Origin: Candidatus Auribacterota bacterium
Lineage (GTDB): Bacteria > Auribacterota > JAFGBW01 > JAFGJP01
Reading direction: 5' to 3'
DNA: 64,000 bases
NCBI GenBank assembly: GCA_023144635.1
Contig: JAGLFH010000030.1
Location: 18,386 to 82,385, forward strand
The notes beneath the pieces were generated by a model. It did no database searches. It saw only the letters and a program-made list of their open reading frames with translations, and was not told the origin of the DNA. Positions 30,305 through 39,664 of the stretch are shown here, in pieces (within the stretch, counting starts at the first letter, position 1; the number at the start of each line of letters is the position of its first letter). The position numbers were made by a program, and so were the translations under genes.

Positions 30305-30952
30305 ATGAAGCATGTATCTTTTATCGTATTTTTGTTTTTTGCATTAGTCATATCCCAGCCGGCTTTTGCCGGAAATGACTGGGAATGGCGCCATACAACC
30401 ACTATAAAAGCTCCTCTTTCAGAAGATCTCAGTATCAATGTGAATAATATGGAATGGTTCAAAAATGATGCGAGTGAGCATTATTATCATCATGTGGAAG
30501 TTGGTATTGACTGGAAAGTTGATGGAATTATTTGGGGATTTTATTTAAGAGAAAAAGAGTCAGAATCATCAAGCGGTGTATGGAGCTGGGAGCATCGTCC
30601 TCATTTGAACGCTACATTTAAATGGAATATGGGAGATATAAAATTAAGCGACAGAAGTAGATTAGAGTACAGGATTTTTGCAGGTGATAATAAATGGAGA
30701 TATAGAAATTTCTTAAAAGCTGTTCTTCCTGTTAAATGGACAGAGTATAAAATTACCCCCTATATTGGTGATGAAGTTTTTTATGATTTTGATGTTGATG
30801 AATTAAATATGAACCGTCTTCATCTTGGAATATCTGCAAAATTGACTGATTCTATAAAAGCAGGTGTTAAGTATACATTTGAAAGTGTTAAAAGTGGTGA
30901 TAATTGGACAGATAAAAATATTATTTGGTCTGATATTACATATTCTTTCTAA
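30305..30952 (+). CDS. small outer-membrane beta-barrel protein (DUF2490-like), function unknown
   Basis: Signal peptide ...QPAFAG; aromatic-rich beta-strands; C-terminal ...DITYSF. Confidence 0.45.
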   Translation: MKHVSFIVFLFFALVISQPAFAGNDWEWRHTTTIKAPLSEDLSINVNNMEWFKNDASEHYYHHVEVGIDWKVDGIIWGFYLREKESESSSGVWSWEHRPHLNATFKWNMGDIKLSDRSRLEYRIFAGDNKWRYRNFLKAVLPVKWTEYKITPYIGDEVFYDFDVDELNMNRLHLGISAKLTDSIKAGVKYTFESVKSGDNWTDKNIIWSDITYSF

Positions 30953-30988
30953 GTGCTGAAAGATGTAGGTTGATCTATTACAAAGACT

Positions 30989-31018
30989 AAACCCCTCTTG
31001 TAATAATGAGAGGGGTTT
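30989..31018 (+). terminator. rho-independent terminator
   Basis: AAACCCCTCT-tgtaataatg-AGAGGGGTTT perfect 10-bp stem followed by a T-rich run. Confidence 0.55.
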
Positions 31019-31132
31019 ATGATATTATTATAATTAAAATTAAGAACTCATGATTTATTTGATTTTTTGCTATAATAAAATTGTTCAATACTTGAGTTAT
31101 AATTTAATTTTTATGTATACTTAAAAATATAT

Positions 31133-31672
31133 ATGGAACAAAAAGAAGTAGAAAAAATATTAAAAGGCGTGCAACACTCTAAAGCTGATGCTATAGAGAA
31201 AGAAGATCCAGATATTCTTCAACTTGTTTGTTTCAAGCTGGCAGATGAAGAATATGCCGTTAAAATTACAAAAGTTAAAGAAGTCTTACGCATTCAGAAG
31301 ATAACCCCTGTTCCGCAGATGCCTGATTTTACTCTTGGGGTTATTAATATTCGCGGTCATATTATACCTGTATTTGACTTAAGAAAACGTTTTCACCTGG
31401 AAGAAAAAGAGCTGGATGAAACCTCCAAGTTACTGGTTGCTTCTACACAAACGGCTATGATCGGTATTATTGTTGATGAGATTCTAGATAATATTAAAAT
31501 TGCCTCTTCGCAAATCAACCCCACGCCTATCATTCAATTAAAAATCGATAAGAAATGTATTTTTGGAATAGCGTCGTTGGAAAACAGAATGATCATTATT
31601 ATGGATCTTGAAAAATTACATGAAGATATATTAAATGGAATTAATACTCCTGACCTGTGTATAAAGCCATGA
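31133..31672 (+). CDS. cheW: chemotaxis coupling protein CheW
   Basis: CheW-like domain (LVCFKLADEEYAVKI...GVINIRGHIIPVFDLRKRF). Confidence 0.8.
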   Translation: MEQKEVEKILKGVQHSKADAIEKEDPDILQLVCFKLADEEYAVKITKVKEVLRIQKITPVPQMPDFTLGVINIRGHIIPVFDLRKRFHLEEKELDETSKLLVASTQTAMIGIIVDEILDNIKIASSQINPTPIIQLKIDKKCIFGIASLENRMIIIMDLEKLHEDILNGINTPDLCIKP

Positions 31673-32145
31673 CAGATGCACAAAATATAATAAAACTTGT
31701 TTCATTTAAGTTGGGAGAGATCCTTTTTGGTTTGGAAATTGTTGATATTCAGGAAATCATCCGTATGAAGGCTATCGTGCCCATTCCTCACTCACCGGAT
31801 TCAGTTGAAGGGGTTATCAATCTTCGAGGGGCTATAGTGCCAATCATTAACCTTAAAAAACGGCTTGGGCATTCCTTAATCGATGAGGAGGATGATCTTC
31901 AGTTGAAAAGAATGATCATTGTAGATGCCGGATATTTGAAGGTTGGCCTAATTGTAGATGAAGTCCAGCAGGTGCTTAATATTGAGGAAGAATATTTCGA
32001 GATACCTCCAGCAACTGTCATGGGTGTGGATCAGTCCTTTCTCAAAGGGTTGATAAGACAGAATGATTCCATTCTGATCCTTCTGGATTCAGAAAAGATA
32101 TTAACCATGAATGAGCATAATATTTTAAAAAAAATACAGGGGTAA
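31657..32145 (+). CDS. cheW: chemotaxis coupling protein CheW (second copy)
   Basis: LVSFKLGEILFGLEIVDIQEII...GVINLRGAIVPIINLKKRL. Confidence 0.8.
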   Translation: MYKAMTDAQNIIKLVSFKLGEILFGLEIVDIQEIIRMKAIVPIPHSPDSVEGVINLRGAIVPIINLKKRLGHSLIDEEDDLQLKRMIIVDAGYLKVGLIVDEVQQVLNIEEEYFEIPPATVMGVDQSFLKGLIRQNDSILILLDSEKILTMNEHNILKKIQG

Positions 32146-32156
32146 AAAGAAAAAAT

Positions 32157-32567
32157 ATGAATGACCACTCACGGGAAGAAAGAAGACGTTTTGTGCGTGT
32201 TTCTGTCGATTATTTTTTGGAATGCACACAATTGGATTTTACGGATACTACGAATGACAAAATTCCGGCTTCGATAAAAAATATCAGCGCTGGCGGAATC
32301 CTTTTTGTAACACATAAAAAGTATGAGCTGGGTACTCTTCTCAGGATAAGTTTGAGTATTCCGGGGTGGGATCAGTACAAAACAGAGTTCTATAAATCAG
32401 CAAAAGCGCTTTTTACGGAAAATCTTGTTGTCTTAGCCAAAGTTGCACGCATAGAGCCCGGTCAGAAAGAAGGTCAGTATAATGTTGCTGTGGAATTTAC
32501 AGGTATTGATGATGATCATCAGAGGGCTTTGCTAAAATTCATCCGGAATCAAATGAAGGAGATTTAA
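32157..32567 (+). CDS. PilZ-domain protein (putative c-di-GMP receptor)
   Basis: RRFVRVSV (RxxxR) and DKIPASIKNISAGGILF (DxSxxG) motifs. Confidence 0.65.
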   Translation: MNDHSREERRRFVRVSVDYFLECTQLDFTDTTNDKIPASIKNISAGGILFVTHKKYELGTLLRISLSIPGWDQYKTEFYKSAKALFTENLVVLAKVARIEPGQKEGQYNVAVEFTGIDDDHQRALLKFIRNQMKEI

Positions 32568-32570
32568 TAT

Positions 32571-34244
32571 ATGAAAATTTTAAACAGTATACAAAATAAG
32601 ATCCTTGCCCAGTTTGCTGCTTTTCTTCTTCTCCTTCTGGGGATATTTGTAGCCAGTACGGTTATTGTGCAAAAACAAAAAAATGACGGCCTTCTTATTA
32701 ATCTTGCCGGACGCCAAAGAATGCTGACACAAAAAATGACAAAAGAAATACTCATTTTTACAACAGAAAACAATGAGAAAAATAAAGAGCAGATTTTGAG
32801 TACTGTAACAATTTTTGAAAAGACCCTTCTAGCTTTGAAAAATGGCGGCGAAGCGCCGCTTGATCTTCAGATGACAGAGTTTCGCCGGTGTCCCCCGGCC
32901 CAATCAGAGGAAATAGAGCGCCAGTTGGCTCAGGTTATTTCTCTCTGGCAGCCCTTTAAAAGAAATATTCAGAGCCTTCTGGATGCCCCGGAAGGATATT
33001 AAGAACCTTTGAAAGAGATCATTGGCAATAATGTAGAACTACTGACAACCATGAATAAGGCTGTGGGTCTTATGCAAAGCTTTTCAGAGAAAAAAGCAAA
33101 ATGGATGTTTGGTGTTCAGCTTTTCGCATTCCTTATTGGAATTTTTCTCATGCTCGTTGGAATTTATTTTCTCAGGCACTCTCTTATTTTTCCTTTAAAA
33201 CATGTTGTAAAAAACATGCAAATTGCCGCTACGGGAGATATGACAAATAAACTGGATATTGCAATGCAATCAGGGGAAAATAGAAATGAGATCGAAAAGT
33301 TAGCTGCAGCCTACAATACGCTTATGTCCATGATGAATGAAATGATAGCCAAAATACAGAAAGCATCGGATCATGTGGCCTTAGCTACGCAGGAAATATC
33401 TTCTTCTTCTCAACAGATTTCCGATGGAGCCCAGCAGCAGGCTGCCAGTTTTGAGGAATTGTCAAGCTCTGTCCAGAGCAATGCGACAAATGCACATGGT
33501 GCCAATGAGGTGGCGCAGGAAACAACCGGCAAAACGAAAGCTATCGGCCGAGACATGGAAACCACGATCGAAGCTATGAGTGCGATTGAAAAAAGTGCCA
33601 AAAGTATAGCAGAAGCTGTTGCAATCATTACAGATATTGCGGATCAGACAAATCTTCTAGCTCTCAATGCAGCTATTGAAGCGGCACGGGCTGGCGAACA
33701 CGGTAAAGGTTTTGCTGTTGTGGCTGATGAAGTACGCAAACTAGCCGAGCGAAGCGGGGATTCCGCTAAAGAGATCACACAGCTTATCAAGCAGAGTCTT
33801 ACACAGGTGGACAATGGAGTAAGCTTATCCAAAAAAGCTGGTGACAATTTGCAAAAGATTGTATCTGATATTGATCAAGTTGCTGAACAGTTGCAATCGA
33901 TTTCGCTGGCAACTCAGGAGCAGTCCGCAACTATGGAAGAAAATACATCCATAACAGAATCAAATGCGGCGGCTTCTGAAGAGCTTTCCGCATCAGCCGG
34001 GGACATGGCTCTTCAGGCTGATATCCTTAAAACGCTGGCAGGAAAGTTCAAGGTTAATGAAGAATCAGACAATATAGAAAAGAATTTTGTTGAGCCGCTA
34101 ATGTCTTCTAATGACGTTTTCGAAGAAGATCAGGCTGTAGATTCTTCGACGGGACTTGGATTTTCTTCCAATGAAGCGGATAGGGAAGTAATTGATCATA
34201 AAGAAAAATTATCATCAAATGAGGAAGAATTGCGCATTGGGTAA
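32571..34244 (+). pseudogene. PilJ-type methyl-accepting chemotaxis protein interrupted by an in-frame TAA (33000-33002)
   Basis: 32571..33002 encodes TM1 plus a PilJ-N-like sensor (LINLAGRQRMLTQKMTKE). After the TAA the same frame continues [10 protein letters not shown]... into TM2, HAMP and the MCP signalling domain (33009..34244, TTG-initiated in the track). Confidence 0.6.
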
Positions 34245-34318
34245 TATATCGAACAAAATAACAGAATTATTTTATTAATTTTATACATTTAGTATTCAGC
34301 TAAAAGGAGATCGTAATA

Positions 34319-35218
34319 ATGAAAAGAACAGTTATTTTTTTAACATTAATTTTTGTTTTGTGTGGTTTCTTAAGCAATGTTGCCTTTTCTGATGAGGAAT
34401 TTTTAATTGGAGTACTTGCAAAACGAGGTCCGGAGAAATGCTTGAAGAAATGGGAACCATTGGCAAAATACCTTACAGAAAAAATACCTGGAAAGTCCTT
34501 TGAAATAGTTCCTTTGAGTTTTAATGCGGTATCCCCTGCTATTGATAATGTTGAAGTTGATTTTTTTCTAGTCAATCCTTCCATGTTTATGACTGCAAAG
34601 GTTAAATATAATGCTTCTGCCGTTGTTACCATGATCAATGCCAGACAGGGACAAGAATTAAAATCATTTGGCGGGGTTATTATTACAAAAGCCGATAATG
34701 AACAGATAAATACTTTAATAGATATTATTGGAAATAAAATTATGGGTGTGAAAGCTTCTGCTTTTGGCGGATGGCAAGTGGCCTATAAAGAGATAATGGA
34801 TGCGGGTATAGATCCGTTTGCAGATTGCGCTTCAATAGAGTGGGGCGCCAACCATGACAAAGTTGTTTATGCTGTTAGAGATGGAAAAGCTGATGTTGGT
34901 ACTGTGCGAACAGATACGCTGGAAAGAATGGCAGATGAGGGTTCGATAAAACTAAGCGAATTTAAAATTATTAATAAGAAAGAGCATCAGGGATTCCCTT
35001 TTGTTTGCAGTACTGTTCTTTATCCGGAATGGCCTTTTGCCAAGGTGGAATCTGTTTCAGATGATGTAGCTAAAGAAGTTGCTGGCGTGCTGTTGGAAAT
35101 GGAGTCAAGTGATAAAGCTGCAAAAGCAGCAAAGATCATGGGCTGGACTGAAGTTTTGGATTATGAAGTGATCGAGACATTGCAAAAATCTTTGAAAGTT
35201 GGAGCTTATAAAGAATAG
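34319..35218 (+). CDS. periplasmic solute-binding protein, PhnD/SsuA-like (phosphonate-bd fold), likely sensor partner
   Basis: Signal peptide; LIGVLAKRGPEKCLKKWEPLAKYL N-term typical of PhnD-like SBPs; sits directly upstream of an MCP. Confidence 0.6.
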   Translation: MKRTVIFLTLIFVLCGFLSNVAFSDEEFLIGVLAKRGPEKCLKKWEPLAKYLTEKIPGKSFEIVPLSFNAVSPAIDNVEVDFFLVNPSMFMTAKVKYNASAVVTMINARQGQELKSFGGVIITKADNEQINTLIDIIGNKIMGVKASAFGGWQVAYKEIMDAGIDPFADCASIEWGANHDKVVYAVRDGKADVGTVRTDTLERMADEGSIKLSEFKIINKKEHQGFPFVCSTVLYPEWPFAKVESVSDDVAKEVAGVLLEMESSDKAAKAAKIMGWTEVLDYEVIETLQKSLKVGAYKE

Positions 35219-35281
35219 TCGATATTTATTTCACAAAAAATAAATTGATATTTTGTAATTTGTTTAATAAGGAAGTGGTGT

Positions 35282-37222
35282 ATGAAACTTAAGTTTAAAA
35301 CAAAATTGATTGGCAGCTTTTTGATCATCTCATTATTAGTACTGTTTGCTGGTATTACGGGAATTATTATGACAAAGAAAATAGCGAACAGCGCAAATGA
35401 TGTTCTGTTAGTAAGCGTTCCTCAAAAGGAAGCTGTTAATCAAGCTCTTATTCACATCAATACTATGCGGAATCTGTGTGCTGAATATTTGAATAGTTAT
35501 GATAATTTAGACGAGTTAAGAGCAAAAATTATACATCATAATAAGAAATTTAACATGTATTTGGATATTATTGAATACGGGACGGATTCAGAAGAATTTA
35601 AAAATTCGCAATCATTTGAAATATTTAATACTGAAAGTATTGATCTTAAAGTTAACAAAGGTAATAAAGAAGTTATCACAATTATAAATGAGATCAAAAA
35701 TAGTTTTAAAACTTTTCTGGATAGCGCTTTATTAATGATGGATCTTCATGATAAAAGAGCAGGCTATAATGCGGCAATAAATGGAGTAACTATTGATATA
35801 GAAAAATATTTGCTTCTGGTTGAGAGGAAGCATGAAAAATGGTTGGATAAGTTAAAAGATGCTGTTGAGTACAATATCCGTTTTGAAGGCCAGACAGATC
35901 ATACAAAATGTCAATTCGGACTCTGGTATTATGCTTATTCTATAGAAGATGTGAAATTACAAGAACGTTTAGATAGTTTTGGAAAGAATCATGAAAAGTT
36001 ACATCAATTAGGTATAAAAGCTAATGAGGTTGAAGGTGAAGAAAAAGTTAAAGTTTTTAAAAGAGGTTCACGAGTTGTAAGAAAAATCAGATCAGGATTT
36101 CAGGATTTATTCGACTATCTTGGTCCTGTTATTTCTGAATTGATTAAAAAAGAGCAGGAAGCAATGCAGACTCTTAATAAGGTTTCATCTCAAATGCAGC
36201 ATATTATGAATACATTTTCAAAAAGAATAGACAGCGATATGAAGAAAGCGGAGAGAAATGCTAAAAAAGATCAATCATTTGCAATAGCTCTTTTAATTCC
36301 GGTGGTTGTCATTGCTGTTGTTATTGCTATGGGATTAGGTCTTATTATAAGCCGGGGAGTAGTTATTACAATTACAAAACTTATTAGCATCATCAGTAAG
36401 ATTTCAAAAGGAGATCTAAGCACAGAAATAAATATTAAAACAGGTGATGAACTGGAAACACTTGCGAATGGACTTTCCCGCATGGTTGATAGCTTAAAAC
36501 AGATAATTTCTAACGTCAAACATTCTGCTCAGCAGCTTACGGAAGCAACAGGTGAAATATCATCTTCATCACAACAAATTTCAGATGGAGCCCAGCAGCA
36601 GGCCGCGAGCTTTGAGGAGCTTTCTGCTTCTGTCCAATCCAATGCTACAAATGCGGGGTCAGCCAATGAAATTGCTCAATCTGTTACTGCAAGCGCTTCA
36701 GACATAGGCAATGATATGGAAAATACAATAGAGGCAATGACTGCTATTGAAAAAAGCGCACGGCGCATAGCAGATGCTGTCGCGATTATTACAGATATTG
36801 CGGATCAGACCAATCTTCTGGCTCTGAATGCGGCTATTGAAGCGGCGCGGGCCGGTGAACATGGTAAAGGATTTGCTGTTGTGGCTGATGAAGTAAGAAA
36901 ATTAGCAGAGCGGAGTGGAGATTCTGCTAAAGAAATCAAAAATCTTATCAAAGAAAGCTTGTCTCAGGTAAGTCATGGTGTGGATGTGTCAAAAAATGCC
37001 GGGGAAAATCTTCAGAAAATTGTTTCTCATATCAACAATGTTGCCGAGCAGCTGCAGTCCATCTCTTTGGCCACTCAGGAACAGGCATCTACCATGGAAG
37101 AGAATACTTCCATAACAGAATCTAATGCGGCGGCATCTGAAGAGCTTTCCGCCTCAGCAGTGGATCTTTCCACTCAAGCGGATGGTCTTAACAAGATGGT
37201 CAGTCACTTTAAAGTTAGGTAA
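35282..37222 (+). CDS. methyl-accepting chemotaxis protein with large periplasmic domain carrying a CZB-like zinc-binding motif
   Basis: TM1 aa 10-32, TM2 aa ~334-358, HAMP, MCP signal domain. Periplasmic HEKW ... CQFGLW ... HEKLH (aa 184-241) matches the Hx2W / CxFGxW / HxxLH pattern of chemoreceptor zinc-binding domains. Confidence 0.75.
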   Translation: MKLKFKTKLIGSFLIISLLVLFAGITGIIMTKKIANSANDVLLVSVPQKEAVNQALIHINTMRNLCAEYLNSYDNLDELRAKIIHHNKKFNMYLDIIEYGTDSEEFKNSQSFEIFNTESIDLKVNKGNKEVITIINEIKNSFKTFLDSALLMMDLHDKRAGYNAAINGVTIDIEKYLLLVERKHEKWLDKLKDAVEYNIRFEGQTDHTKCQFGLWYYAYSIEDVKLQERLDSFGKNHEKLHQLGIKANEVEGEEKVKVFKRGSRVVRKIRSGFQDLFDYLGPVISELIKKEQEAMQTLNKVSSQMQHIMNTFSKRIDSDMKKAERNAKKDQSFAIALLIPVVVIAVVIAMGLGLIISRGVVITITKLISIISKISKGDLSTEINIKTGDELETLANGLSRMVDSLKQIISNVKHSAQQLTEATGEISSSSQQISDGAQQQAASFEELSASVQSNATNAGSANEIAQSVTASASDIGNDMENTIEAMTAIEKSARRIADAVAIITDIADQTNLLALNAAIEAARAGEHGKGFAVVADEVRKLAERSGDSAKEIKNLIKESLSQVSHGVDVSKNAGENLQKIVSHINNVAEQLQSISLATQEQASTMEENTSITESNAAASEELSASAVDLSTQADGLNKMVSHFKVR

Positions 37223-37280
37223 GACACAGCAAGTAACGGAAAAAAACATAACATATATTGCATAAAAGAGTAAAAATTAA

Positions 37281-38123
37281 ATGATAAATGATTTAAAGAT
37301 TACAGATGCGGAATTTAATGAGATCAAAGAGATAATGTATGATTTTACCGGTGTTTTTCTTTTGCCGACAAAGAGGAATCTTGTGGTCTCGCGGCTGAGG
37401 AAACGGATGGATGAATTAAAAATGAAGGGTTTCCGTGAATATATTAAGCGCCTGCAGGATAAAAGCACACGGGAAATGGATGTTTTCATCAATGCAATAA
37501 CCACGAACGAAACATTTTTTTTTCGGGGAACCAGCCAGTTCAATTATTTGTATGAAGATATTCTGCCAAATATGATCGACAGGAAAAGCAAGCAGGGAAA
37601 GAAAAAAATAACAGCGTGGTCAGCTGCTTGTTCAACTGGAGCAGAGCCGTATTCTCTTGTTATGGCTTTTCGGGAATTTCTAAAAGGTGATAAAAGCTGG
37701 CAGATCAAGGTTTATGCAACAGATATTAATAGCACTGTTTTAGAAGAAGCGCGCGAGGGCATTTATCCGGAAAGAAGTCTGATGAAAACACCAAAGAGTC
37801 TGGCAACAAAATATTTTGAAAACATAAAGAAAGGAACTCGTCCCGGCAATTTTTATAAGTTGAAAGAAAGTGTAAAGAAAGATGTGGAGTTCAAGCAGCA
37901 TAATTTAAAAAATGCTTTTCCGGTAAAGGATTTGGATTTTATTTTTTTAAGAAATGTGATGATCTATTTTGATGTGCCCATGAAAAAAAAGGTTGTTTCT
38001 CATTTGATAAACAATCTTCATCCTGAAGGATATTTTTTTATCAGTCTTTCGGAAAGTTTGATCGATGTAAAAGCACCATTAAAGACAGTTGGGCCAGCGA
38101 TATACAAATTAATAAAGGAATAA
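37281..38123 (+). CDS. cheR: chemotaxis protein methyltransferase CheR
   Basis: SAM-binding AWSAACSTGAEPYSL motif; CheR N-terminal helical domain. Confidence 0.85.
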   Translation: MINDLKITDAEFNEIKEIMYDFTGVFLLPTKRNLVVSRLRKRMDELKMKGFREYIKRLQDKSTREMDVFINAITTNETFFFRGTSQFNYLYEDILPNMIDRKSKQGKKKITAWSAACSTGAEPYSLVMAFREFLKGDKSWQIKVYATDINSTVLEEAREGIYPERSLMKTPKSLATKYFENIKKGTRPGNFYKLKESVKKDVEFKQHNLKNAFPVKDLDFIFLRNVMIYFDVPMKKKVVSHLINNLHPEGYFFISLSESLIDVKAPLKTVGPAIYKLIKE

Positions 38124-38126
38124 AAT

Positions 38127-39176
38127 ATGATCAACGTTGTTATCGCCGATGATTCGGCTTTTTTGCGAAAAATATTAAAAGATGTACTGACTGGAACAGG
38201 AAAAATTCTTGTTGTGGGCGAGGCAAAAAACGGCAAGGAAGCCATAGCTTTTGTTAAGGAAAAAAAGCCTGATGTTCTAATTCTTGATATAGAGATGCCT
38301 GTTATGAACGGTTTAGAGGCCCTAAGACGCATTATGGAGGAAAATCCTCTGCCGGTCTTTATGTTCAGCTCTTTAACTGTAAATGGGGCAAGTGTAACGG
38401 TTAAAGCTTTAGAATACGGCGCTGTAGATTATCTTTTGAAGCCTGTTAGCGGACCTTCAAAGTTGGTGGAAATAGCAGATGAGCTTCTTCAGAAGATCGA
38501 GGCAGTTGTCCGCATGTCACGTTTCAAAAAGTATCCAAAAACGGGTCTTGCAAAAGAACCCACCAAAAAAGTATTATCAACGCCTGCGCCTCAGATTAGC
38601 TCCCGTAAAATTGACATTGTAGCTATCGGGTCTTCCACAGGTGGCGTTCAGGCCGCACTGGCATTAGCACCGAATCTTCCGGAAGATATTTGTCCTGTTG
38701 TCTGGGTTCAGCATATGCCGCCCGGCTTTACGAAAAGTTTTGCCGATCGTTTAAACAATCAATCAAAAATCGTGGTTAAGGAAGCAAAGAACAATGAACC
38801 TTTGGAAAGAGGCACATGTTATATTGCTCCCGGCAGTTTTCAAATGGCTGTTCAAAAACAGGGGGCAAATTATTCTTTAAAGGTCTATGAAGGAGGACGT
38901 GTATCCGGTCATGCTCCATCATGTAATGTCCTTTTTGAATCTGTTGCCCAGCATTTTTCTTCTAATGCTATTGGAGCTATTCTGACGGGAATGGGCGATG
39001 ATGGTTCAGATGGACTTGTCAAAATGCATGAAAAAGGCGCATATATTATTGGCCAGGATGAAAGCACATGTGTGGTTTACGGAATGCCTCGCGCGGCCCA
39101 TCAGAAAGGTGCTGTGGATATAGAATTAGGTATTACAGATATTGCCAGCCGTATTTCGAAAGCAGGAGGCTTTTAA
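38127..39176 (+). CDS. cheB: chemotaxis response regulator protein-glutamate methylesterase CheB
   Basis: N-terminal REC (DDSAFLR...LDIEMP); C-terminal methylesterase with GSSTGG and catalytic HMPPGFT. Confidence 0.85.
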   Translation: MINVVIADDSAFLRKILKDVLTGTGKILVVGEAKNGKEAIAFVKEKKPDVLILDIEMPVMNGLEALRRIMEENPLPVFMFSSLTVNGASVTVKALEYGAVDYLLKPVSGPSKLVEIADELLQKIEAVVRMSRFKKYPKTGLAKEPTKKVLSTPAPQISSRKIDIVAIGSSTGGVQAALALAPNLPEDICPVVWVQHMPPGFTKSFADRLNNQSKIVVKEAKNNEPLERGTCYIAPGSFQMAVQKQGANYSLKVYEGGRVSGHAPSCNVLFESVAQHFSSNAIGAILTGMGDDGSDGLVKMHEKGAYIIGQDESTCVVYGMPRAAHQKGAVDIELGITDIASRISKAGGF

Positions 39177-39648
39177 CACAGATGATCGCAGATGGGAGAA
39201 TGCAGATTGGCACAGATAAAAAGGAATATATTTATAATGATCTGACCTATGAGATAATAGGTGCAATATATGAAGTTCATAAGGAATTAGGTACTGTTCA
39301 TAAAGAGGTTATTTATCATAAGGCCTTAGAGATAGAGTTAAAGAACAGAAATATTCCATTTAAAGAAGAGAAATTAATAATTGTTAAATATAAGGGGAAA
39401 AAGATTGGAGCATATAGACCTGATTTTATTATTGATGATAAAGTTATATTGGAGATAAAAGTAGCGCCTGCTTTAACAAAGGCTATGCAGGATCAGGTTT
39501 ATTATTATGTGAAAGGAACTAATTACAAACTAGTTTTGTTGGTAAATTTTGGCACAATCAAGGCAGGTATAAAAAGATTGATTTACACTTGAACTCAGGT
39601 GAAATGAATCTGCGATCATCTGTACTTAATCTGTGGTTATCTGTGTTA
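39177..39648. mobile_element. small insertion element encoding a GxxExxY-family protein, bounded by ~40-bp terminal inverted repeats made of CAGAT sub-repeats
   Basis: Left CACAGATGATCGCAGAT (39177-39193) vs right ATCTGCGATCATCTGTa (39608-39624) = 16/17 reverse complement; each end carries 4 CAGAT/ATCTG copies at ~10-11 bp spacing; lies precisely between cheB stop and cheA RBS. Confidence 0.6.
39182..39592 (+). CDS. GxxExxY-family protein (PD-(D/E)XK-like small protein)
   Basis: 136 aa; ...YEIIGAIYEVHKELG...YRPDFIIDDKVILEIK...; track ORF start at 39068 overlaps cheB and is an artefact of an open upstream frame. Confidence 0.6.
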   Translation: MIADGRMQIGTDKKEYIYNDLTYEIIGAIYEVHKELGTVHKEVIYHKALEIELKNRNIPFKEEKLIIVKYKGKKIGAYRPDFIIDDKVILEIKVAPALTKAMQDQVYYYVKGTNYKLVLLVNFGTIKAGIKRLIYT

Positions 39649-39664
39649 AGAACGGAGTGAATAT

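Noticed and set aside
39068-39181. N-terminal extension of the GxxExxY ORF overlapping the cheB 3' end
   Set aside because: The extension reads an alternate frame of cheB and crosses the element's inverted repeat; ATG at 39182 inside the element is the plausible start.
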